From contig CAYFSO010000002.1 in the NCBI GenBank assembly GCA_964345775.1, forward strand, positions 15,679 to 79,678: DNA of 64,000 bases, in the 5' to 3' direction. Shown one piece after another: positions 23,088 through 32,397 of this stretch. The notes under the pieces were generated by a model that was not told where the DNA came from, did not search any database, and saw nothing but the letters and a program-made list of their open reading frames with translations. The position numbers were made by a program, and so were the translations under genes. This stretch comes from an uncultured Leptospiraceae bacterium. GTDB lineage: Bacteria > Spirochaetota > UBA4802 > UB4802. Positions within the stretch are counted from its first letter, which is position 1. Each line of letters begins with the position of its first letter.

Positions 23088-23783
23088 ATGAGTTTAAAAT
23101 ACCAGTGTATTGTCCTATGCTGCATTCTTCTTGTTGCTACTGGCCTGTATGCAAGGCCCGTGGGCAAGGTTGTGCAGCTGGTTGGTAACGTGGATATCAT
23201 GTCCATGAAAACCGGCAAGCGTACAGTTCCCGAAATGGATACGGTGGTACACAGCGATGATAAAATACGTACGGGAAAAAAGTCCCTTGTGGCCATTTTG
23301 CTCAATGACGGAACCAGGCTTATGATCAAGGAGGTTTCGGTGGTAAATGTGGCAGCATTGAAGCTTCGGGACACCGATCCTCCAAGCAAGATCCGCATGC
23401 TTACCGGCAAGCTGCGGCTGATCGTCAAAAAGACATTCAAAAAAAGCAAATTTGTTCTCAAAACACCAACGGCCATTGCGGGGGTGAGAGGTACGGATTT
23501 CGGTGCAATCGCCACAAGAAATGAAACAAGGATAGTCGTCTTTGACGGAGAAGTCGAGGTGGGCAATGTTCGTGACAATATACTCAAATCCTACGTGTTG
23601 AAGGAACGGGAAGAGGTCTCGGTTAAGGAAAATCGTCCACCGTCATCTCCCCGGGTGGTGCCTTCAAATGTTTTGTCGTCATGGTTTGATTACTATGTTA
23701 TCGATGAACGGAAAAACAAGATAATTCGAAAAGACCGGGAGGATGGCCTGATTGACAGGTTGTTGCGTAAAAAGGATTACTGA
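23088..23783 (+). CDS. FecR-domain protein (anti-sigma / sensor-like)
   Basis: Signal/TM segment then a FecR-like core (KTPTAIAGVRGTDF). Start moved to the internal Met. Confidence 0.55.
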   Translation: MSLKYQCIVLCCILLVATGLYARPVGKVVQLVGNVDIMSMKTGKRTVPEMDTVVHSDDKIRTGKKSLVAILLNDGTRLMIKEVSVVNVAALKLRDTDPPSKIRMLTGKLRLIVKKTFKKSKFVLKTPTAIAGVRGTDFGAIATRNETRIVVFDGEVEVGNVRDNILKSYVLKEREEVSVKENRPPSSPRVVPSNVLSSWFDYYVIDERKNKIIRKDREDGLIDRLLRKKDY

Positions 23784-23814
23784 TGTTTTTGGTCACCTGC
23801 TGTGTATCCTCGTG

Positions 23815-24549
23815 ATGGGGCTGGTCTTTCTGCAATGTGCCGGTCCTTTGATTGTTGACAGGGACAGGGACTATGCAGAAAAACTGATCAGGCAGATGGA
23901 AAGTAAGAACTGGCAGCAAAGAGAGCAGGCTGCTGAAGAGCTTGCTCTCTACCCGGGAAAAGAATCTACCGCTGCACTTGTTGATGCCCTTGATGACAGG
24001 CATGGGGCAGTTATTATCCAGGCATTACAGTCACTTGCGCCGCGAACATCACCTGAAGCCCTTCCCGAAATAAGAAAACTTGCAAAAAATCACAGAAGTC
24101 CCAATGTACGATGGTATGCACTACAGGCCCTCGCCGGGTACGAAGATGCCCTCAACGCTCCAGTATTTCTTGATGGTCTTCAAAGCGACGACTGGCTTAT
24201 ACGGGAAGCGTCCATTATCGGCCTGCTGAAGGTTGAAGATTACGGCACAAGGTACGTGTGCCTGCCGGCCATAGTGGAGACATTGAATGACCTCAGTACA
24301 AGTGTGCAGATAGCCGCCATGAACCACCTGAGCCTTATTGACGACAGGATCTACAATATCCTCGTGAGCAAAATTAAAGAGGGATCTGACAGCAGCCCGG
24401 CCGTAATGGGTGCCGCTCTTGGGGCACTCGGGGATTACAGGCTGGATGCTGAAACGCACGAAAGGGTGGTAGAATTACTGGGCCATCAGAACAGGAACAT
24501 ACGGCTGATGGCCCTGAGATTATTGAAGCGGAACAAAAAGCTATGGTAA
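23815..24549 (+). CDS. HEAT-repeat (PBS-lyase-like) protein
   Basis: Repeated about 30-aa units with the E..R..AA.ALG pattern. Confidence 0.6.
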   Translation: MGLVFLQCAGPLIVDRDRDYAEKLIRQMESKNWQQREQAAEELALYPGKESTAALVDALDDRHGAVIIQALQSLAPRTSPEALPEIRKLAKNHRSPNVRWYALQALAGYEDALNAPVFLDGLQSDDWLIREASIIGLLKVEDYGTRYVCLPAIVETLNDLSTSVQIAAMNHLSLIDDRIYNILVSKIKEGSDSSPAVMGAALGALGDYRLDAETHERVVELLGHQNRNIRLMALRLLKRNKKLW

Positions 24550-24553
24550 CACG

Positions 24554-25222
24554 TCAGTTCTTTTTTTCTTTTTCAACGTATACCTTGTTCTGCATGTCTA
24601 CAATGTCTTTTTCGAATTTTTCAGGGACTTCCATTTCAAGTGCCTCATACACCTTAAAGCAGTTTTCCTTTGCCCTCCTGTAATAGAATATGGCTTCGAT
24701 GGGGCGTGATCGCTCAAGGTAGTCATTTGCCATCTGTATGGCGTAGCTGGCATTACTTACGAGGGGGTCAACCGATTCATTCGGTTTCTCCTTATCAATT
24801 GAAGATTTGAGCTGATGTTTCACCCCCATTTTTATCACGTCCACATGGAGCTGTTCAGCTGTTTCCTTGTATTTCTTTGCAAGCTCGGTTGCAACACTTA
24901 GAATTTGCTTTTCGTTCTGTGTAAAGAGGTTTGCTGACTCCACAAACTGCTTGCGGTAGTAGAGGGCACTGGCCTTCGCGTAGTCATTTACCAGTTTCTC
25001 GAACAGTGATTCTCCTTCACCGTAGTTGAAAATGGCTGTTCTCAGCTGCTTTATCTTCTTGAAGTTTTCATAGCTGAGCCTGTTTATTACAGCCTCTGGA
25101 TCATAAAGCGGATTGAACTCCTTTTCCGGTGTTTTGCTTTCAGTGGTTTCCTGTGCAGGCAAAGCCACGCCAAGTAATAGTATAGCCATAACTAAAGCTG
25201 TTAGTTGAAATCCTTTTCTCAT
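24554..25222 (-). CDS. Secreted helical protein, function unknown
   Basis: Signal peptide MRKGFQLTALVMAILLLGVALPAQ. Rich in K/E/Y, coiled-coil-like. Confidence 0.45.
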   Translation of the reverse strand: MRKGFQLTALVMAILLLGVALPAQETTESKTPEKEFNPLYDPEAVINRLSYENFKKIKQLRTAIFNYGEGESLFEKLVNDYAKASALYYRKQFVESANLFTQNEKQILSVATELAKKYKETAEQLHVDVIKMGVKHQLKSSIDKEKPNESVDPLVSNASYAIQMANDYLERSRPIEAIFYYRRAKENCFKVYEALEMEVPEKFEKDIVDMQNKVYVEKEKKN

Positions 25223-25338
25223 TGTGGTATTCTCCTTGTACTTGATGTATGACATAATTGCCGTTGAAAAATATGTAATAATATTGTAAGTGTACGACAG
25301 CAAAATGTAAAGTCAAGAAAAATGTAACAGGAGTATGT

Positions 25339-26118
25339 ATGAACAGGAGATTTACTATCGGCGTCATAGGAACCGGGCATCTTGCTTCTGCCGTAATAGA
25401 GGGAATGATGCAGACAGAGAACGAATACAGCTTTATCCTGTCACCACGAAATGAAAAGCGCTCGGAGGAACTTGACAGGAAGCATCCCCGTTGCAGAAAG
25501 GCACGTTCAAGCCAGGAGGTACTGGAGGTATGCGATGCGGCTGTCCTTTCGGTTCCTCCTTCAGAATACGGTGTTGTTGCAAAGGATGTACGCTGGCCCA
25601 CCAGGCTTCCCATGCTTTCTTTCCTGGTGGGGGTAGGGACAAACAGGTTAAAGGAGGCTTTCGGGTGTACCCATGTGTACAGGGTTCTCCCATTCCCGTC
25701 CGCCTCGCTTGCTGAAAGCCCAACCCTTCTTTATCCCGATGCGCAACCGGCCAGGTCAATATGTGAAATGATGGGTGAGGTTATTCCGTTGAAAAGTGAA
25801 GAAGAATTTGATCTGTATACGGGGGTAACCCCTCTTGCCGGTTTCAGTTATTACCTCATGGAGTGCATACAGCGCTGGTGCGGGAACAGTATCCCGGTTG
25901 AATACCCGGCGAAAATAATCAGAAGCACCCTGTCATTATACCTTTCTCAGCAGAAGGAAGGTGAAGACGTGAGCACAGACCAGTTCGCCACCCCGGGGGG
26001 GCTTACCAGCCACGCATTCAAGGTGCTGGATGGAAACGGGATGTGTGATATGGTGGGATCGTACCTTAACGCGGTCAGGGAGCGCCTTGATTTGATCGAA
26101 AAGGACAATTCCCGGTGA
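25339..26118 (+). CDS. Pyrroline-5-carboxylate reductase family (ProC-like) oxidoreductase
   Basis: N-terminal Rossmann GxGxxA (IGVIGTGHLASA) and a C-terminal ATPGGLTS motif like ProC SPGGTT. Confidence 0.5.
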   Translation: MNRRFTIGVIGTGHLASAVIEGMMQTENEYSFILSPRNEKRSEELDRKHPRCRKARSSQEVLEVCDAAVLSVPPSEYGVVAKDVRWPTRLPMLSFLVGVGTNRLKEAFGCTHVYRVLPFPSASLAESPTLLYPDAQPARSICEMMGEVIPLKSEEEFDLYTGVTPLAGFSYYLMECIQRWCGNSIPVEYPAKIIRSTLSLYLSQQKEGEDVSTDQFATPGGLTSHAFKVLDGNGMCDMVGSYLNAVRERLDLIEKDNSR

Positions 26119-26142
26119 ACCCTTCCTGTATCGGCTGAACAG

Positions 26143-26170
26143 GGGAGCCGTACCGGCTCCCGGTTTTATA
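26143..26170. terminator. Bidirectional Rho-independent terminator between convergent genes
   Basis: GGGAGCCG-tacc-CGGCTCCC hairpin followed by GGTTTTATAT. Confidence 0.5.
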
Positions 26171-26174
26171 TGCC

Positions 26175-26366
26175 TCATCCACCGCCAGCGGAAGGGGCAC
26201 AGTTACCCCCCGATTTACCCGTTCCCGAAGAGGAGAAAAGAGAAAAAACCTTCTCGGTGAGATCAGAACCGCAGGAGGGGCATTTTCCTCCTGTAAAATC
26301 TCCCATTTTTCTCAGCTCGCTGAAGATCTCACCACACTGCCTGCATTTAAACTCGTACACCGGCAT
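26175..26366 (-). CDS. FmdB-family zinc-ribbon protein
   Basis: 63 aa MPVYEFKCRQCGEIF...GKCPSCGS, a characteristic CxxC...CxxC small regulator. Confidence 0.7.
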   Translation of the reverse strand: MPVYEFKCRQCGEIFSELRKMGDFTGGKCPSCGSDLTEKVFSLFSSSGTGKSGGNCAPSAGGG

Positions 26367-26537
26367 GGAACATTACCTCGTATTGCATTTGAACAAAATT
26401 TTATAAATAATCAATATTATGTTTGCACCACACAAACAAAAACGTATATTGTACGTGCGAATAACAACGACATGTTATAATTTTAGAATATACTTAACTC
26501 TTGCTCTTTTGTCAACATTTTATGTGGTAATTAATCG

Positions 26538-27860
26538 ATGAACCTTCTGACCATACTTTCTTTTCTTTCGTTCATTATGCTGGTTCCGCTGGCCGTAAAA
26601 GTAATGCAAACCGGTATACGAAGTACACTTCACCGGGTGTTTTTCTTCCTTGTCCTTGCCTTCATGATGGTAACCCTGCAGAGGCTAATGCTGAGCGTGG
26701 TGCAGGACCCTGGTACTGTTGACCTGGTGTACCGTTATCTTTCAGCGGGGATGTACCTGTTTCCCGGTATTGTTTTGCACCTGATACTTGTGATAACCCG
26801 GCGTGACTGGCTTCTGGGCCAGTGGTGGACATACCTGCTGTTGTATGGAATTGGTTTTATTCGAACGTATGAAGCGCTGACCGGGTTTTATACTATTGAA
26901 AAGGTTGTGTTGACCACATGGGGATGGCAGCCCATATACATGACGGGTTCCGCGTGGTACATGGTATATAATGTATACATGGTTCTGTTTGTATACGGTG
27001 GATTGCTGTACGCCCTGACCTGGAGCAGGTCTCATCCGCATCCCGCAGAGAAGAAGCAGGTAAAAATAGTTGTTTTCTCCATGATGCTGCTCAGCTTCCT
27101 GGGTATATGTACGGATTTTTTTCTGCCGGTTATGGGGATCAACTCGGTACCCCCGCTTGCACATGTATACCTTTCAATATGGTCACTGGGGATATGGTAT
27201 GCCATAAAGAAATACAGGCTTCTCAGTATCGGCTATTCAATCGCTTCAAGGGAAGTGGTGCAAATAGTCAACGATGCGGTTTTCATTACAGCATCTGATT
27301 ATACCATAGTTGATGTGAACCCGGCTGCCCGGGTTATGCTGGGGTATTCGCGAAAAGAGCTGGTATATACCCTCATTACCGGGTATATGCATGATGAACC
27401 CAGTAAGATCAGTCCAGCCTCTTTCCTGGATGAACATGGACGGGTGAAAGTAATACTGGATATGCCGGTAACTATGATCGCAAAGAATAAAACCCATATA
27501 CCGGTATCACTCTCCGTTTCAACGATAAAAAACAGGAAGGGGCACATACAGGGCATTATCATGGCAGCCAGGGATCTTACTATTAGAAGCGAACTTGAAA
27601 GAAGCAGGGATAAGCTCCTTGGTGAATTACAGGCGGCCATGGGTACCATAAAGCAGTTAACTGGTCTGCTTCCAATCTGTTCCCAGTGTAAGCGGATAAG
27701 GAACGAAGACGGCTCATGGCAGGAAATTGAAGTATACGTGCATGATCATTCAAATGCAGACTTTACCCATGGTATCTGCCCCGACTGCGTGCGAAAAATG
27801 TATCCAGATATCGCCGATTCAATCCTGGAAAAGCATTTCCCTGAGAAAAAGGGAACCTGA
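26538..27860 (+). CDS. Membrane sensor: N-terminal 7TM domain, PAS domain, C-terminal Cys/His-rich module (ICSQCKRIRNEDGSW...HGICPDC). No kinase or other output domain.
   Basis: Seven hydrophobic helices over about 230 aa, a PAS-like core (IVNDAVFITASDYTIVDVNPAARVMLGYSRKEL), and a C-terminal CxxC...H...H..CxxC motif. Confidence 0.6.
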   Translation: MNLLTILSFLSFIMLVPLAVKVMQTGIRSTLHRVFFFLVLAFMMVTLQRLMLSVVQDPGTVDLVYRYLSAGMYLFPGIVLHLILVITRRDWLLGQWWTYLLLYGIGFIRTYEALTGFYTIEKVVLTTWGWQPIYMTGSAWYMVYNVYMVLFVYGGLLYALTWSRSHPHPAEKKQVKIVVFSMMLLSFLGICTDFFLPVMGINSVPPLAHVYLSIWSLGIWYAIKKYRLLSIGYSIASREVVQIVNDAVFITASDYTIVDVNPAARVMLGYSRKELVYTLITGYMHDEPSKISPASFLDEHGRVKVILDMPVTMIAKNKTHIPVSLSVSTIKNRKGHIQGIIMAARDLTIRSELERSRDKLLGELQAAMGTIKQLTGLLPICSQCKRIRNEDGSWQEIEVYVHDHSNADFTHGICPDCVRKMYPDIADSILEKHFPEKKGT

Positions 27861-27973
27861 TAAAGCAATCCCCCGATAATTTCATGCCGCCAACGGTTTG
27901 TTGTGTCCTTCAAAAGGTGGCTTGACATCAGGCTGCAGCAATGCTTATATACACCATTGACGGGAAGGGGTAT

Positions 27974-28726
27974 ATGAATATTTTACTTACAAACGATGAC
28001 GGTATAGATGCTTCCGGGATCAGGGCCCTGTACACGATCCTGTCGCGGAAGCATGCGGTCTATATTGTAGCTCCGGATGGCGAGAGAAGTGCTTGCTCAA
28101 GCGCAATAACCATCAGAAGGAATATACAGGTACAGAAAAAGGGTGATGGAGTATACGCGATTGACGGCTATACTGCAGACTGTGTTAATATTGGATTGAA
28201 CGGGGAATTGATGCCTGAAATTGACCTGGTGATCTCGGGAATTAACCATGGGCCAAATCTGGGCGAAGACGTCTACTTCTCTGGCACGGTTGCCGGAGCA
28301 AGAAGTGCCCATATTTTCGGTGTAAGCGGTATTGCGGTATCGGTGGATTCCCTTGGAGAATCTGATTACTTTGAAGATGCGGCAGAATTCCTTATGGATT
28401 TCATAAGTGATTTTCCACTGTTTGCCCATGAAAGGCCTGTGCTTCTCAACATAAATTATCCCGATATTCCTGTTGATGAAATTGCCGGTGTCAGGTATAC
28501 CACGCTTGGGAAAAGGGAATACAGGGATTCGTACCATCGAAGTGGCGACAATAACGATGCGTTCAGCATGATGATGGACGGAATTATCGATTCTCATGAG
28601 ATCGAGGGAAGTGATGTAACCGAATTGCGAAAAGGATTCATATCAATTACACCAATAACACTTGATTGCACGGATTACCGGTATCTCAATAGTATCAAAA
28701 ACAGGGAAGAACAATGGCTGAAGTAA
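27974..28726 (+). CDS. surE: 5'/3'-nucleotidase SurE
   Basis: N-terminus MNILLTNDDGIDASGIRAL is the SurE signature DDG motif. Confidence 0.85.
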   Translation: MNILLTNDDGIDASGIRALYTILSRKHAVYIVAPDGERSACSSAITIRRNIQVQKKGDGVYAIDGYTADCVNIGLNGELMPEIDLVISGINHGPNLGEDVYFSGTVAGARSAHIFGVSGIAVSVDSLGESDYFEDAAEFLMDFISDFPLFAHERPVLLNINYPDIPVDEIAGVRYTTLGKREYRDSYHRSGDNNDAFSMMMDGIIDSHEIEGSDVTELRKGFISITPITLDCTDYRYLNSIKNREEQWLK

Positions 28727-29415
28727 GCTTGAACCAAAAGATCCGTACTTTTCTTGACCAGGCGTTTGGATTCCTTGATACGCGCAAGTACGGGCATGCC
28801 CTTGAGAAGCTGCTTAAAGCCGAAGAGCTGGACAGGGAAAATCCCGAGGTTCTTTATAATCTCGGGGTAACCTTTTCCAGGATGGGAGATTACCAGCGTG
28901 CAGTTGAATACCTCCGGCGGGTTAAGGAATTGCCTTCTTCGTTTGTTGACCTGCTAACCGTAAATCGGTTACTGGCGTACGCACTGATAATGCAGAACGG
29001 TTTTAGTGATGCCCACGAAGTAATAGATGAATCGTTACAGTTGTCAGCCGTAGATACCACCATGCTGAACATGAAAGGATATCTCTTTGAAAAAGAAGGC
29101 AAGCTGGAAGGGGCTGCTGATATTTTCCAGGCAATTCTGGACGTGGATCCTGAAAACATGAATGCCAACAATTCTCTTGCGTACGTACTTGCACGCATGA
29201 AAAAGGGAGACCATTCTCGTGCCCTGGAGTGCGCCAAAAAAGCATTTAACGCAAAGCCAGCCAACCCCGCCTATTGTGATACCCTTGGCTTCGTGTACAT
29301 GGTCAGGGGGCAGCCTGATTCTGCAAAGAAATACCTGAAAAAAGCACTCTCCATGGCTCCTGGCTCAAAAGAGGTAAGGGAGCATCTCAATACATTGCTG
29401 CAGCTGGACAGGTAA
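28714..29415 (+). CDS. TPR-repeat protein
   Basis: Multiple 34-aa TPR units (W-LG-Y-A-F-P patterns). Confidence 0.7.
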   Translation: MAEVSLNQKIRTFLDQAFGFLDTRKYGHALEKLLKAEELDRENPEVLYNLGVTFSRMGDYQRAVEYLRRVKELPSSFVDLLTVNRLLAYALIMQNGFSDAHEVIDESLQLSAVDTTMLNMKGYLFEKEGKLEGAADIFQAILDVDPENMNANNSLAYVLARMKKGDHSRALECAKKAFNAKPANPAYCDTLGFVYMVRGQPDSAKKYLKKALSMAPGSKEVREHLNTLLQLDR

Positions 29416-29545
29416 GGGACGGTTTTTTACAGTCACGGGTATCCCGCTAATCCTGGTTTGTTGTAAAAAATTATTTTTTTTGATTAATATATGTAAAAAA
29501 TGTCGAAAATGGTAATAGAGAAGATTCTACACAGGAGGTGTAGAT

Positions 29546-29782
29546 ATGAAAGTAATGGATTACAATATACACGTCACACACAACATTGAACAGCCGGCAA
29601 GGCATTCCCGCGACACCGTAGTCACAGGCAGGTTAAATACCATTGAATCATACAGCTATGACAGCGTTCTAATGAACCTGGACGAAATGAAAAGCTTCCT
29701 GTACCTGATTGTTGGTGCCAGTGATCTTACCGTGATCGATTCATCAGGAAAAAGTGGCCATAATCTCAACGCACGGGCTTAA
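29546..29782 (+). CDS. Hypothetical small protein (78 aa) in an AT-rich gap
   Basis: ORF only. A weak RBS-like AGGAGGTG sits 6 nt upstream. Confidence 0.3.
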   Translation: MKVMDYNIHVTHNIEQPARHSRDTVVTGRLNTIESYSYDSVLMNLDEMKSFLYLIVGASDLTVIDSSGKSGHNLNARA

Positions 29783-30140
29783 GCGGTTGTCCGGACATGA
29801 ACACTGGAGGCCATATCGAATACTCCATACTTAATATAATGTATACACATTATGTTGCATTATAACATAAATAAATATTTAAAAAGTTGTTGACTAACCC
29901 GACATTTACTTTCATTCTTTTATACCTATAAAAATATTATGTACAGATATATTCCAGGTTGACACACCGACAACATTGTGTAGCAATATAGAGCATATTT
30001 TTATAAATTATCGCAAAATATTTTTTATATAATAGGTTTTATTTGTGCATTAACAATAATATGGTATTTTTAAGTTTTGTAGAGAAATTATCGATAAACA
30101 ATTAAGCCGCTGATATATTTTTCTAAAAACGGGTAATTGT

Positions 30141-30251
30141 ATGAGTAAAGAGATACAGGACAGGGCAGACAGGATGATGCGGGAACTGAAGGAATCCCTG
30201 GACCCTATCAGTAAGGAAATAAAACGTATTAAGTGTTCAAGCCATAAATAA
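30141..30251 (+). CDS. Candidate small ORF (36 aa, MSKEIQDRADRMMRELKESLDPISKEIKRIKCSSHK) upstream of the TetR gene
   Basis: Short charged helical peptide below the ORF-track cutoff, same strand as and 45 nt before the TetR gene. Confidence 0.2.
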   Translation: MSKEIQDRADRMMRELKESLDPISKEIKRIKCSSHK

Positions 30252-30295
30252 CCCGGTAACAATGATAATCATTATTGAAAAAGGAGTGTTACCCA

Positions 30296-30904
30296 ATGCC
30301 AGCCAAGGGACAGAAAAGGAAACAGCAGATAATTGATACCGCAAAGGTAATGTTCATCGACAGGGGGTTTCAGAGTACACATATCGGCCAGGTATGTGAA
30401 GAGTTAAATATTGCCCGTGGTACGGTGTACCAGTATTTTGGCAACAAGCGCGAGATCCTCTATGCAATACTTGAATCCATTGAAGAAAAAATAGATGATA
30501 TACTGGATCCAGATGACCTGAAGGATTTTCTAAAGACGAATCCATCTCAAAAGGAATTGACCAGGTTCAATACTGAACGAATAACCGAGTGCATACGGGT
30601 GATCATCAGCGAACCTATAGTTATTAAGCTGATCTTCAAGGATATAGTGGGTATTGATGAAGAAGTGACAGAGAGAGTGCAGAAATTCCTCGATTATATT
30701 GTCCAGGTGGTTCAACGTGATGTGGAGGAGATCAAGAAGAAAGGTATATACAAGAAAACATTGAATCCAGAGGTTACAGCGATTATGCTCATAGGGGCTG
30801 TAATGTTCATGGTATACCAGTTTGACAGGCTTGGGAAGGATATCCTTGAAAAAGAAGTGATCGGCTCTGTTGTCAGTAACTACCTTGGCGGAGTATCAAA
30901 ATAG
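30296..30904 (+). CDS. TetR/AcrR-family transcriptional regulator
   Basis: N-terminal HTH (FIDRGFQSTHIGQVCEELNIARGTVYQYFGNK). Start placed at the ATG with an AAGGAG RBS 8 nt upstream. Confidence 0.8.
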   Translation: MPAKGQKRKQQIIDTAKVMFIDRGFQSTHIGQVCEELNIARGTVYQYFGNKREILYAILESIEEKIDDILDPDDLKDFLKTNPSQKELTRFNTERITECIRVIISEPIVIKLIFKDIVGIDEEVTERVQKFLDYIVQVVQRDVEEIKKKGIYKKTLNPEVTAIMLIGAVMFMVYQFDRLGKDILEKEVIGSVVSNYLGGVSK

Positions 30905-30936
30905 CAGAGAATACACAATTCTGATTTTACAGGAGA

Positions 30937-30962
30937 CCCGGAGCAAATCCGGGTTTTTTTAT
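30937..30962 (+). terminator. Rho-independent terminator after the TetR gene
   Basis: CCCGGA-gcaaa-TCCGGG hairpin followed by T7. Confidence 0.6.
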
Positions 30963-31020
30963 TGAAAAAAAAGTGCATTAATGTCCTATCTCCATTAATG
31001 ATAGAATACAGGTTGTTCCA

Positions 31021-32388
31021 ATGAGAATACACAGTAATAATTATAACTTTTTGACCAGTACGCTGGTAGCAGGTTTTTGTATGCTTTTTTCTGCGGGTGT
31101 TTTTCAGCCCCATGTAAAGGCGTCAAGCCAATGTCCCGAGGAATTGATCAGGGGTATTCTCGGCAGCGATGAAAAGATACGGCAACAGGGCCTTGCCAGG
31201 ATAAAAAAAATTCAGTCAGCAGACTGCAAAACCAGGCTGGTAGAGGTTATTCTGTCCAACACGGATAACAGAGAAAAGCGGCGGGCAATAGAGGCGCTGC
31301 GGCAATATAAGGATGATACCATGGTAAAGACATGGGCTTTCCTGCTGGAAAAAACCGAATCATTTATAATAAAAAAGCAGGTTATACGGTCCATGGCGGA
31401 TATCAGGAACAGGCGGATCGTTCCAGAACTTGTCCCACTGCTGAAGTCACCGTTTCATACGGTTCGCGAAAGTGCGGCAGAGGTGCTGGGACAGTATGGC
31501 GATGACAGGGTTTTCCCGTTTATCATTGGGATGTCAAAAGATGAGAACCCGGTATTCCGGATGTACGCGGTGGAATCCATGAATTATATATATGATGACC
31601 GGCTGTATTACATGCTGGTTTCCCTTCTCAAGGATGAAAACAAGTCAATACGGTATTCTGTTCTGGAATGCATACAGGAAAACGATATAGAAAAAGCCTT
31701 CCCGCAAGTCAGAAAAGCAGCATTGCATGATGATAATTACGAGGTACGTATACGTGCCATGAACCTGCTTTCCGATTACCGGGACCGCAGCTCGTACGGT
31801 ATATTTGTGAAGAACCTGTCTGATAGTAATGCTGATGTTCGTGCCGCGTCGGTGGAAGCCCTTCAAAGGTTTGGGTACAGGAAATCATCCTGGGCTCTTT
31901 CAAGACAGTTGAAGGTAGAAACAGAACATCACGTGAAATTGGGCATAATGCAGGCCCTTTCTGTAATAAAACATATGGGTGATCCCGGGGGGCTTGGAGG
32001 AGTATTGCTTGAAGATGAAAATCCGGCACTCAGGATCAAGGCGGCATATGTCATCGGTGTAACTGGAGATAAAAAGGGAACGTCATTTTTGCTAAATGCC
32101 CTGGAAGACAATGATTACAGGGTACGTGCTGAAGCAGCGTATGCACTTGGAGAGTTCAGCGGGAGCGAGGTAGTCTGTTCCCTGCTTGAATTGCTTGAAA
32201 AGGATGACAGGCGTTACGTCCGATCAGCTGTATTGTTCTCGTTGAATAAAATTGATGATACAGGCGCGCTTCTGGGGTTGTACAAGATAATTGGCGTGGA
32301 AAAAGACCCTGTAATGAGATGGCGTATCAATGATCTTATTGAAAAGTTCATAAAAAAGTCTACCAGGGAATACAGTACTTTACTATAG
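31021..32388 (+). CDS. Secreted HEAT-repeat (PBS-lyase HEAT-like) protein
   Basis: Signal peptide, then over 10 tandem HEAT-like repeats (..VR..A..ALG...D...). Confidence 0.65.
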   Translation: MRIHSNNYNFLTSTLVAGFCMLFSAGVFQPHVKASSQCPEELIRGILGSDEKIRQQGLARIKKIQSADCKTRLVEVILSNTDNREKRRAIEALRQYKDDTMVKTWAFLLEKTESFIIKKQVIRSMADIRNRRIVPELVPLLKSPFHTVRESAAEVLGQYGDDRVFPFIIGMSKDENPVFRMYAVESMNYIYDDRLYYMLVSLLKDENKSIRYSVLECIQENDIEKAFPQVRKAALHDDNYEVRIRAMNLLSDYRDRSSYGIFVKNLSDSNADVRAASVEALQRFGYRKSSWALSRQLKVETEHHVKLGIMQALSVIKHMGDPGGLGGVLLEDENPALRIKAAYVIGVTGDKKGTSFLLNALEDNDYRVRAEAAYALGEFSGSEVVCSLLELLEKDDRRYVRSAVLFSLNKIDDTGALLGLYKIIGVEKDPVMRWRINDLIEKFIKKSTREYSTLL

Positions 32389-32397
32389 CCGGGGGAG

